Of a DNA stretch of 46,276 nt, positions 25,084 through 33,134 are shown piece after piece. The notes beneath the pieces were generated by a model. It saw nothing but the letters and a program-made list of their open reading frames with translations. It did not search any database and had not been told where the DNA came from. The stretch covers positions 1 to 46,276 of the IMG/VR virus record IMGVR_UViG_3300017700_000470. The stretch is one strand, 5' to 3'. The stretch is from a virus (lineage: Duplodnaviria > Caudoviricetes). Both the position numbers and the translations under genes were made by a program. Numbering within the stretch: the stretch's first letter is position 1; each line of letters starts with the position of its first letter.

Positions 25084-26169
25084 ATGGAACTGAAACCCAA
25101 TGAATTTTTGACCCCCGTGGGCCGCCTGTTGCAAGGCTCCGCCATGGACCCGCAAACAACCGACATGAAGGGGCAACCGCTTGTCTACAAGACTGGCGCA
25201 AACAAGGGACAGCCCCGCGTCTCCTACTTTATGGCGATTGGCTTTCCCAAGGTCATGGCCGACGGCGTGACGCCCAATCACGAATTCAACGCGCTGTATG
25301 GCCGCATGCTGGCTGTTGCCCGCGCCGCGTTCCCGCAGTATTTTGACGCCTCCGGCAACCTGACCAATCCCAACTTCTCCATGAAGCTGGTGGACGGTGA
25401 CGGGCGCGACAGCGAAGGCAAGCCCAACGACACCAAGGAAGGGTTTAAAGGCCACTGGATTATCCGGGTGCAAAGCTCTTACCCGTTCCGTTGCTTCTAC
25501 CAAGGTCGTCACGCTCCGCAAGACCAAATCACGGATAAAAATCTTATCCGGCGTGGTCACTATGTGCGTGTGTTTGGCACCATGGAAGGTAACGGTGTGA
25601 AGTCCGGCGGTGACGGCAAGCCCGGCCTTTACATGAATGCTTCGCTTGTCGAATACATCGCGGCAGGTCCCGAGATTGTCAGCGGTCCCGATGCGTCCCA
25701 AGCCTTTGCGGCCCCTGTGGCTGTATTGCCTGCCGGTGCTACGGCCATCACGCCCGGCGGCCAGCCTGCGGCTCCCGCACTGCCCGGCATGCCTGCGGCC
25801 CCCGTGATGCCTCACGCAGCCGTCCCGGGCCTGCCTGCGGCCCCCGTGATGCCTCACGCAGCCGTCCCGGGCCTGCCTGCGGCACCCATGGCCCCTGCAT
25901 TGCCCGTGCAGTACGCCGCGCCCCCCATGGCGGTGGCTCCGGCAGCACCGTTGCCCGTGACGCCATATCCCGGTGTTATGCAGATGCCCGGCGTGCCGAT
26001 GGCCCCTGCAGCACCCGCCGCGCCGCCTGCACCACCAGCACCGCCCATGCCTGACGTTCCCGCCGGTCCGGTCATGAGCCCCAAGGCCAACGGCGCAACC
26101 TATGCCCAGATGATTGCACTGGGCTGGACGCATGAAACCATGGTGCAACACGGCATGCTCGTCGGCTAA
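25084..26169 (+). CDS. Single-stranded DNA-binding protein (DUF2815-like) with a Pro/Ala tail
   Basis: TPVGRL, KLVDGD and PGLYMN motifs; lies between exonuclease and PolA. Confidence 0.8.
   Translation: MELKPNEFLTPVGRLLQGSAMDPQTTDMKGQPLVYKTGANKGQPRVSYFMAIGFPKVMADGVTPNHEFNALYGRMLAVARAAFPQYFDASGNLTNPNFSMKLVDGDGRDSEGKPNDTKEGFKGHWIIRVQSSYPFRCFYQGRHAPQDQITDKNLIRRGHYVRVFGTMEGNGVKSGGDGKPGLYMNASLVEYIAAGPEIVSGPDASQAFAAPVAVLPAGATAITPGGQPAAPALPGMPAAPVMPHAAVPGLPAAPVMPHAAVPGLPAAPMAPALPVQYAAPPMAVAPAAPLPVTPYPGVMQMPGVPMAPAAPAAPPAPPAPPMPDVPAGPVMSPKANGATYAQMIALGWTHETMVQHGMLVG
25791..25883 (+). repeat. 42-bp in-frame tandem repeat (two full copies plus a partial)
   Basis: Unit gcctgcggcccccgtgatgcctcacgcagccgtcccgggcct encodes PAAPVMPHAAVPGL. 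Confidence 0.95.
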
Positions 26170-26225
26170 ACCCAAAGGCCCCCGCATGTCGTGGGGGCCA
26201 ACCAACCACACAAGGAAACTTCAAA

Positions 26226-26546
26226 ATGGCAATGACCAAAAAGAATTTGGCGATTCAAGCCGCCAAGGCTGCAGCGGCAAAACGCAAGGCGGGGCCGGTC
26301 GTCACGCAACTGACCAAGACGACCAAGGCCAAGCCGCAACCGCGCACCGTGGCCGCCCTCCTGTCCGCACCAGAGCCCAAGCGCAAACGCGCCCCGGGTG
26401 CTGGCCGCCCCGAGGTGTCGCCGGACCTTCAATTGTTCGTGTGCAGTTTCCGCGCCAATAAGGTGGGGGCGGCCAAATTCAAAGCCCTTGGCGGCGGCAA
26501 GTGGGCACGCCCCCTGCTGGAAAAAGCCGTATTGCCGCGCAAGTGA
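26226..26546 (+). CDS. Small Lys/Arg-rich protein, possibly DNA-binding
   Basis: SD AAGGA; very basic; RAPGAGRP...KFKALGGGKWAR. Confidence 0.7.
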   Translation: MAMTKKNLAIQAAKAAAAKRKAGPVVTQLTKTTKAKPQPRTVAALLSAPEPKRKRAPGAGRPEVSPDLQLFVCSFRANKVGAAKFKALGGGKWARPLLEKAVLPRK

Positions 26547-26734
26547 GCAAGCACAAGCCAACCACGCCAGCTAACCGGCTGGCAATCATTCGAGGGCAGG
26601 CGGAACGCCTTCTAGCAGATGCCCGCGCCTTGAATGTAAACATTACGATAGAACGGCGGCCCCTGTTGCCGCTGGCTATGGGTAACGCGGAGCCCGTCAT
26701 TTCCGTATGGTGCACAAAGGGGACCGAAAAATGA
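26543..26734 (+). CDS. Hypothetical protein
   Basis: GTGA/ATGA coupling; TIERRPLLPLAMGN motif. Confidence 0.65.
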   Translation: MSKHKPTTPANRLAIIRGQAERLLADARALNVNITIERRPLLPLAMGNAEPVISVWCTKGTEK

Positions 26735-27408
26735 CCCGTTATAAATGGCTGTTGTTGGCCTTCGCTTTTTTGATTTATCCGGTTATATTTTTAGGCTCAC
26801 CGGAAGTTATACAAGCCTTCAGCGTGGCCCTCGTGGTGGCGCTCATCCCGGTGATGTGGGAAGTGCTTTACACCGGGCCGCGTCTGAATGCAGCATGGTG
26901 GCGCGCGGTGTCGTGGTTTGTGCGGCGGCCAGCGGTGCGCGATTGGATTGTTAGCCGCGTCTACGCCAGTCCGTATACGCACATTGGTCCGCACGGTGAC
27001 GAGTACATGCTACGCGGCTGGGTGTTCAATCCGTACCGCTTTGACAAAACGCCCCGTTGGCCGTGGTTGCCGTCCCTCCGCGCGCATGTCATCCTGCGGC
27101 CCGATGCGGGCGAGTCTTGCCACAACCACCCCATGGACGCGCGCACCATTCTTCTAAAAAACGGTTACGCTGAATGGCGGGAGGGTGATTGTTCGGGCTT
27201 GCCTGCGGGAGAAACGCGGGGCACTTTTTACCTGCGGGAGGAAGGCGACACGTTTTTAATCGGGCGTGAGGTCTTCCACCGTATCATGTCTTTACGCAAC
27301 AATGAGCCCGTCTACACGCTGTTTATTATTCGCAATGTTCGCCACGGTTGGGGCTTCCGCGTCAACGGCGAATACGTAGACCGTCGCAATTTCAAGGGAC
27401 CACGGTAA
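26731..27408 (+). CDS. TM-anchored cupin-like protein
   Basis: Two N-terminal hydrophobic segments; H.ILRPD..HNHP....IL..GY.E...FHRI...WGF. Confidence 0.6.
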   Translation: MTRYKWLLLAFAFLIYPVIFLGSPEVIQAFSVALVVALIPVMWEVLYTGPRLNAAWWRAVSWFVRRPAVRDWIVSRVYASPYTHIGPHGDEYMLRGWVFNPYRFDKTPRWPWLPSLRAHVILRPDAGESCHNHPMDARTILLKNGYAEWREGDCSGLPAGETRGTFYLREEGDTFLIGREVFHRIMSLRNNEPVYTLFIIRNVRHGWGFRVNGEYVDRRNFKGPR

Positions 27409-27503
27409 TGCAGTACGAGTGGCTTGTAGCCGCCCTCATTTTGGGTAACTTCATCGTGCACGCTTTGTGCGCCACAGACGACAACTCCGAAGACTGGCAG
27501 TAA

Positions 27504-29858
27504 ATGCACGCATCACAATACCCCGCCGGGACCACATGGCGGGCGGGGCTTGGTGTCTCTACCGTCCTAGCCGATATCGACTTTGAAACGGCCAGCGAAG
27601 CGGGTTATTTTTGGCTCCCGGATAGCAAAGCATGGGCAGGCCCGGAAGGCTCCACAAAAAAGGGCTTGCCCGCTGTTGGGCTGGCCGTCTACGCCACGCA
27701 CCCAAGTACCCGCGTGTTGAGCCTTGCCTACAACCTCAAGGACGGTACGGGCTCACACCTGTGGAAGCCCAGCATGTCCGCGCCGCCCGCCGCGCTGATT
27801 GACCACGTTCAACGGGGCGCGCTGGTGGAAGCGTGGAATAGCGGCTTTGAATGGTGGATATGGAATTTCGTTTGTAGACGCGCCTACGGCTGGCCGCCCA
27901 TGTACGTGCAGCAAATGCGGTGCGCCATGGCAAAGGCACGCGCCAGCGGGTGGCCCGGGGCGTTGGGTAATGCGGGTGCCGTGATGGGCCTGCAGGTACA
28001 AAAGGACAAGGTAGGCGACAGCATGCTAAAGCTGTTCAGCATGCCCCAAAAACCCACCAAGGCGCAGCCGTTGAAATGGTTGGACCCAGAGGCACACCCG
28101 GACGGCCCCAAGCTCTACCACTACAACGAGGTGGATATCGTCACGGAAGCGGAGGCCTCCAGCCGCGTCCCGGACCTTGAAGGGTTTGAACTGGACTATT
28201 GGGTACTGGACCAGACCATCAACCGGCGAGGCGTGGCCGCCGATGTGGAAGGCCTCAAGGCCTGCGCCTCTATCGTTACACAGTGCCTTGCGCGCTACGA
28301 TGCGGAACTGTTGGCCCTTACCGGTGGCGTGGTGGAGCGCGCGAGTCAACTGCAGCGCCTCAAAGGTTGGCTAGCCGGGCAAGGCGTGCAAATGGGCACC
28401 ATGGACGATGAGGCCATAGAGGCCGCACTTAAACGTATACCTCCGGACCCGCCGGGCCGTGTGGTGCCCGCACGCCGCGCGCTGCAGTTGCGGCAACTGA
28501 CGGGCTCCGCGTCCGTTAAAAAAGTCTTCACCATGCTAAACATGGTGTCACCGTTCGGACGTTTACACGAGCTATTTATTTACCACGGTGCCCGCACAGG
28601 CAGGCCCACGGGCGCGGACGTGCAGCCAACCAACATGCCTAAGAGCGGCCCCAAGGTGCGCAAGTGCGCTTGTGGCAAGTGGCACGGCGCGGCCCTGCAG
28701 GCGTGCCCGTGGTGTGGCGCGCGTTGCGTGCCCCTGCCGCCCAAGGCTAAAACCGGCTGGACGTGGAAGGCCGTAAACGACGTGCTTGAGGTCTTGCGCT
28801 CTGGTAGCTTGGACCTCGTTGAAATGTATTTCGGGGACGCCATGCTGTGCGTGTCTGGTGTGTTGCGGAGCCTCTTTGTTGCCGCGCCCGGGTGCGACTT
28901 GATAGCCTCCGACTTTAGCGCCATTGAAAGCGTGGTTACTGCGGTGCTGGCCGGTGAGGACTGGCGTGTAGACATGTTCAAGACGCACGGCAAGAATTAT
29001 GAAATGGCCGCCGCGCAAATTAGCGGCACGTCCTTTGCTGAAATGATGGCGCACGCGGGTTATGACGTGTCACAGCCGGAGTGGTGGAAGCAGGACGCCA
29101 CGGGGGAACACCACCCATTGCGGCAGACCTTAGGCAAGGTGTCGGAACTGGCTTCCGGGTTTGGAGGCTGGATAGGTGCATGGGTGAAGTTTGGCGCGGA
29201 TGAGTTCATGAGCGAAGACGAAATTAAGCGCGCTATTCTGGCGTGGCGTGATGCGTCCCCGGCCATCGTGGAATTTTGGGGCGGCCAGCAACGGCGGGAC
29301 GGCCATTGGACTATCCCGGAGTTTTACGGGCTGGAGGGCATGGCAATCAACGCAGTGCGCAATCGCGGCATCAGCTACCCAGTGATGCGCAAGGACGGCA
29401 CCCACACCGGCATAACCTACCTAGCCGATGCGGAAGCGCTCTATTGCATCCTGCCAAGCGGGCGGCGTCTCACGTACCGTAACCCGGGCCTTGAGCCCTC
29501 AGACCGTTGGAACTGTGAATACTCGCTTTACTTTGAAGGCTGGAATAGCAACCCGCTAAAAGGCGCTATCGGTTGGCAACGCATGTACCTCTACGGCGGG
29601 CTCCTCTGTGAGAACGTCGTGCAGGCGGTGGCCGGGGACCTGCAGCGCTGCGCCAAGCTCCGCGTAGAGGCCGCAGGCTACCCGGTGGTGCTGCACGTCT
29701 ACGATGAGATTGTTGCGGAGGTCACGAGCGGCACCCGCAGCATTGAGGAGTTTGAGGCCCTCATGCAACAGGCTCCACCGTGGGCCGTCTACAAGGGCGA
29801 ACCGTGGCCCATCAAGGCGGCGGGCGGGTGGAGGTCAGACCGTTACCGCAAGGGTTAG
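27504..29858 (+). CDS. DNA polymerase family A with a 3'-5' exonuclease domain
   Basis: DFET (ExoI), ARTGR, DFSAIE (motif A), RQTLGKVSELASGFGG (motif B), LHVYDEIV (motif C). Confidence 0.95.
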   Translation: MHASQYPAGTTWRAGLGVSTVLADIDFETASEAGYFWLPDSKAWAGPEGSTKKGLPAVGLAVYATHPSTRVLSLAYNLKDGTGSHLWKPSMSAPPAALIDHVQRGALVEAWNSGFEWWIWNFVCRRAYGWPPMYVQQMRCAMAKARASGWPGALGNAGAVMGLQVQKDKVGDSMLKLFSMPQKPTKAQPLKWLDPEAHPDGPKLYHYNEVDIVTEAEASSRVPDLEGFELDYWVLDQTINRRGVAADVEGLKACASIVTQCLARYDAELLALTGGVVERASQLQRLKGWLAGQGVQMGTMDDEAIEAALKRIPPDPPGRVVPARRALQLRQLTGSASVKKVFTMLNMVSPFGRLHELFIYHGARTGRPTGADVQPTNMPKSGPKVRKCACGKWHGAALQACPWCGARCVPLPPKAKTGWTWKAVNDVLEVLRSGSLDLVEMYFGDAMLCVSGVLRSLFVAAPGCDLIASDFSAIESVVTAVLAGEDWRVDMFKTHGKNYEMAAAQISGTSFAEMMAHAGYDVSQPEWWKQDATGEHHPLRQTLGKVSELASGFGGWIGAWVKFGADEFMSEDEIKRAILAWRDASPAIVEFWGGQQRRDGHWTIPEFYGLEGMAINAVRNRGISYPVMRKDGTHTGITYLADAEALYCILPSGRRLTYRNPGLEPSDRWNCEYSLYFEGWNSNPLKGAIGWQRMYLYGGLLCENVVQAVAGDLQRCAKLRVEAAGYPVVLHVYDEIVAEVTSGTRSIEEFEALMQQAPPWAVYKGEPWPIKAAGGWRSDRYRKG

Positions 29859-30100
29859 GACGCCTTCACCATGCCGCGTAACCGGTCCATCGTGGCTAAT
29901 TCCTCCGGTGACAGAATCAGCATTTGCGAGGCGGGCGCACCCATTGGACCGGCGTAGCTCAAGTGTACGGTAACCGCGCCAATCTCGTTTTTCTTTGGGC
30001 TTTTGGTCAACAGCGAAAATGTAGGTTCGCTGCAGTCGTACCACTTGAATGGCTTTTCATCACCGAGGGCGGTTTCGGGTTCGGGGTGGGTAAGTCTCAT
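29855..30100 (-). CDS. Hypothetical protein
   Basis: SD GGAG; its stop overlaps the polymerase stop. Confidence 0.65.
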   Translation of the reverse strand: MRLTHPEPETALGDEKPFKWYDCSEPTFSLLTKSPKKNEIGAVTVHLSYAGPMGAPASQMLILSPEELATMDRLRGMVKAS

Positions 30101-30141
30101 TTCACTAGCTCCAGTTATGCCCCTTGCGGGGCGGGGTTTGT

Positions 30142-30339
30142 TTACGCGGCGTGATGCCGGGCAATAATTTGTTTAGCGTGCAGAAAACCCATTACCGCAA
30201 CGTCACCGTTAATAGCCGGGGTCATGCGCCAAGCGCGGTTTACTTTGCTGGTGCATTCCACTACGTAGGCCACACCGGCACACGTCACGGTGTACGTGCC
30301 GTCTGTATTTTTGGTGGTCTTGACTGGGGCTTTTGTCAT
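30142..30339 (-). CDS. Early hypothetical protein
   Basis: SD AAGGA; directly after a class B promoter. Confidence 0.75.
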   Translation of the reverse strand: MTKAPVKTTKNTDGTYTVTCAGVAYVVECTSKVNRAWRMTPAINGDVAVMGFLHAKQIIARHHAA

Positions 30340-30360
30340 GGTGTGATTCCTTGTTGCGAT

Positions 30361-30480
30361 GTAATAATTGTATTACGAAAATTAGGAAAGTCAATACCGT
30401 TCGTCGGAAATATTTGTATTACAAAAATTAGAAAGTGTGCAAAAAGTCACAGACACCCGGCAATTGTTGTATTACAATTA
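30361..30480. promoter_or_regulatory. Divergent class B promoters with three AATT-N3-GTAWTAC boxes
   Basis: Boxes at 30370-30383, 30416-30429 and 30462-30475; TTGACT-16-TACAAT (-) and CAGACA-17-TACAAT (+). Confidence 0.75.
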
Positions 30481-30507
30481 TTAGACCAACAACCGAAAGG
30501 ATGCAAC

Positions 30508-30810
30508 ATGGCAGTACGTTACGAGTGGGATGTAGAGGAAACCGCCGCCGCAGACACCGACGACCACGAGGAGGGGGAGTGCTTTGACCACCGGTTTTGC
30601 GAGTCCTACAAAGAGGTCCTAGCCGTTGCGGCTACCACACCGCCAGAGGGCACAGCGTGGCGTCCGGTGCTGGTGCGTGATGATGACGCGGGCCGCTCGT
30701 GGGCCTACATGGAAAACGGTAAGTTACCGTCACACTTTGAAGACGCCTACGGCACGCCCGTAGCCAAGGTGCCCAAGCGCTTTGTAGACGAGGTGGCGCG
30801 CTGTGCGTAA
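30508..30810 (+). CDS. Acidic early hypothetical protein
   Basis: SD AAAGGA; MAVRYEWDVEE...RSWAY. Confidence 0.75.
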   Translation: MAVRYEWDVEETAAADTDDHEEGECFDHRFCESYKEVLAVAATTPPEGTAWRPVLVRDDDAGRSWAYMENGKLPSHFEDAYGTPVAKVPKRFVDEVARCA

Positions 30811-30882
30811 ACTTTTGGACCGCATCAGGCGCAAGCGGATAATTGCGCTCATCAATCGCCTAGAGCGTGAGGAGATAGCCAC

Positions 30883-31182
30883 ATGGTGAAGACGTGGGAA
30901 ACCAAAACTCCGGGGCAAGTCTACGCGGACATGCAGGTGCGTATACATTCCGAAAAAACCGGCCCGGTAGTGTTGCTGATAGGCCCGGATGACGCCCGCG
31001 TGTTGGTAGACCGTTGGCGCAACGAAAACCGGGCAATCGTGCAAGCGTGGCAAGTCAGCGTAACGAGGGAGGAGTTACGCCGCTTCCGTCTTGTCGAATT
31101 GCCGCCAGTGCTGACCGCTGCGGAACGTGACGCGTCACCGGTAGCTCTGCACGCGCCCAAGCGTGGGAGGTGGGGGCGATGA
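30883..31182 (+). CDS. Hypothetical protein
   Basis: SD GAGGAG. Confidence 0.65.
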   Translation: MVKTWETKTPGQVYADMQVRIHSEKTGPVVLLIGPDDARVLVDRWRNENRAIVQAWQVSVTREELRRFRLVELPPVLTAAERDASPVALHAPKRGRWGR

Positions 31183-31454
31183 GCAACCACGCCGGGGAAT
31201 TTATGAAGGCGGTTAGCGGGATAGCGTCTCATCATGTTATTGCGGCCATGGACGTGGCAACCGTAGGTGTGAACTGGCGTCACTGTTCTAAAAAACACAT
31301 GGCCGATGATTACGCCAAAGTAAAAAGCGGGGAGCGGTTTTCTCTGTCGCCTACGGCCCAAGCAGGAATGCAAAACTTAGACCTTGAAGCCTTGCGGCGG
31401 GCCGCATTGGAAAGGCAACAAGGTAACCCCGACTGGATAGCGCACCTCCGGTAG
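31179..31454 (+). CDS. Hypothetical protein
   Basis: ATGA coupling; SD GGAGG. Confidence 0.65.
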   Translation: MSNHAGEFMKAVSGIASHHVIAAMDVATVGVNWRHCSKKHMADDYAKVKSGERFSLSPTAQAGMQNLDLEALRRAALERQQGNPDWIAHLR

Positions 31455-31489
31455 TCCTGCGGCTTGAATCCAGCCCCGTGGCGCGCTTT

Positions 31490-32014
31490 TCAGGGCTTGG
31501 CCGGTGCGGGAGTAGCCAAAGTGGCCCGGAGCGATGCCTGACAGGCCGCTAGCACGCCCTCCGTTTTGATTATTCCCGCCCGGAGACTGAAATAATCTTG
31601 TCCAGCTTGAGGAGTAAGGACGGCTGCGGTTCCAGAATCCACGCCTCCACCACTGGCGGACGCGGGCAGACCGGGGGGATTGGTGGGGCAGGTAGCCGCG
31701 ATGCGCACCCCACAAGTGCCGCGCCGCACACAATCACGCATAGAGTCGTTTTCATTTTGGGCCTTTGTAAGCGCGGCGGTAGCGGACCCCGCGATTGTCG
31801 ACAACTGCAACTGCAGGGCGTCCCGTTGACTTGTGACGCGGGTAAGTTCGTCCGCTGACGCCTTGGCGGCCACGCTCACGGCTTCCGCATGTTGTTGCTT
31901 GAGTGTGGCTATCTCACCCGCCTTGCGCCACCCCTGCACGGTCCACGCGGTCCCGGCACTGACAACAGCAACGCCCACGAGAATGGCCGCTGCGGCGTAC
32001 TGGCGGGGAGTCAT
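31490..32014 (-). CDS. Rz: i-spanin (Rz)
   Basis: N-terminal TM (..AWTVQGWR), coiled coil, follows the endolysin. Confidence 0.88.
   Translation of the reverse strand: MTPRQYAAAAILVGVAVVSAGTAWTVQGWRKAGEIATLKQQHAEAVSVAAKASADELTRVTSQRDALQLQLSTIAGSATAALTKAQNENDSMRDCVRRGTCGVRIAATCPTNPPGLPASASGGGVDSGTAAVLTPQAGQDYFSLRAGIIKTEGVLAACQASLRATLATPAPAKP
31570..31755 (-). CDS. Rz1: o-spanin lipoprotein (Rz1) embedded in Rz
   Basis: Lipobox LVGC; Pro-rich mature part; alternative frame inside Rz. Confidence 0.85.
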   Translation of the reverse strand: MKTTLCVIVCGAALVGCASRLPAPPIPPVCPRPPVVEAWILEPQPSLLLKLDKIISVSGRE

Positions 32015-32517
32015 TCGGCCATCACTTCCGCAACGGCTTGGGCGTGGAAGGCGTCCCACGTCTGGCGGTGCGGCTTGCCCGGACGCCATGTCCGTTCTGC
32101 GTAGAGCTTCCATGCGCCATCCACGTCGTTCATTGCCGGGAGCTTGCCCGCGTCCGTCCAGAGCAACAGGCGCGCACAGATGGCGGCCAGTACGTCATTG
32201 TCCGCAATGGCCTGCCAGATGTAGAGCGGGTCAAACGTGACGCCGTGAGCCTCACAGGCCGCGCGCAACAGGTCTTTGCTTTGCGGGTGAAGGTAGATAC
32301 CCCACACACCGCCCCGGCTGGCCTTGGTGCCGCGCTCAAACTGCCAGAACGAGCGGGCCGGGCCGTTGCCCAACTGGACGCGGTATTGAAAGCGCGATTC
32401 CTGCAGGCCGACGGCAAGCAGCATCACCCGGGCTTCCGCGCGGTCCATGTGCTGCGGTAGCCACGCCAGCGCGGGGTTCAGGATATCGGAGGTCACGCGG
32501 TGCAGCGGCAGGCCCAT
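32011..32517 (-). CDS. Endolysin (lysozyme-like fold, single Glu motif)
   Basis: LLAVGLQESRF..R.Q.GNGPARSFWQFE...WRPGKPH; lies between the holin candidates and Rz. Confidence 0.75.
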   Translation of the reverse strand: MGLPLHRVTSDILNPALAWLPQHMDRAEARVMLLAVGLQESRFQYRVQLGNGPARSFWQFERGTKASRGGVWGIYLHPQSKDLLRAACEAHGVTFDPLYIWQAIADNDVLAAICARLLLWTDAGKLPAMNDVDGAWKLYAERTWRPGKPHRQTWDAFHAQAVAEVMAE

Positions 32518-32521
32518 GGTG

Positions 32522-32833
32522 CTACTTTCGGGGGGTGGGGGTTGTATCGCCCGCGAGGCGTCCACGGATAAGCGCGGTATTCTCGGTGATGGCGTTGACG
32601 GATTTTTGCAAGTCCTTGGTGTCGTTGCGCTGTTCCTTGATGGCTTCGCGTACGTCGGCCAGTGCGGCAGTAAACTCCCGGCGCTGGTCATCACTGGAAG
32701 CCTTCAAGGCGTCTTGCCGCGTGGTCAATACGCCCCAACCTACAGACACGGAAACGACCGCCGCGCCGATGGTTAAAACATTCCCAAGCGTGATGGTGTT
32801 ATCGTATTTCATGAAGCCGGATTTTACGGGCAT
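32522..32833 (-). CDS. Single-TM coiled-coil lysis protein (holin/antiholin candidate)
   Basis: ITLGNVLTIG.. TM followed by a coiled coil; upstream of the endolysin. Confidence 0.6.
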   Translation of the reverse strand: MPVKSGFMKYDNTITLGNVLTIGAAVVSVSVGWGVLTTRQDALKASSDDQRREFTAALADVREAIKEQRNDTKDLQKSVNAITENTALIRGRLAGDTTPTPRK

Positions 32834-32834
32834 G

Positions 32835-33131
32835 TCACCCACCTGTGGCCTTTTGTGCTAACTGTTTTTGCGCGGCCTGTTGCATTTTTTGCTGTTGCCA
32901 CGCGCGGGCGGCGGGAAGCACCACCACCAGCAAAAACACTCTAAGCGCCTCCTTGGTTGATGGCTGTAGGTTAAGGTAACTTCCCGCCGTCGTCCAGTTG
33001 TCTAGCGCGTACTGCAGAACATCCACGGTGTAGGGGAGTAACGCGGCAAACACGGCTACCCAAATGGCCCACGAGCGATACCACGCGGCCACAATGTGAG
33101 CGTTATACCAGCGGATAAGTGCGCGTTTCAT
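32835..33131 (-). CDS. Holin candidate
   Basis: Two TMs; WYRSWAIW; basic N-terminus; first gene of the lysis cassette. Confidence 0.6.
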   Translation of the reverse strand: MKRALIRWYNAHIVAAWYRSWAIWVAVFAALLPYTVDVLQYALDNWTTAGSYLNLQPSTKEALRVFLLVVVLPAARAWQQQKMQQAAQKQLAQKATGG

Positions 33132-33134
33132 GAT

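Noticed and set aside
24442-26211. 589-aa minus-strand ORF
   Set aside because: Antisense to the DUF2800 and SSB genes; explained by GC-rich codon bias and the repeat
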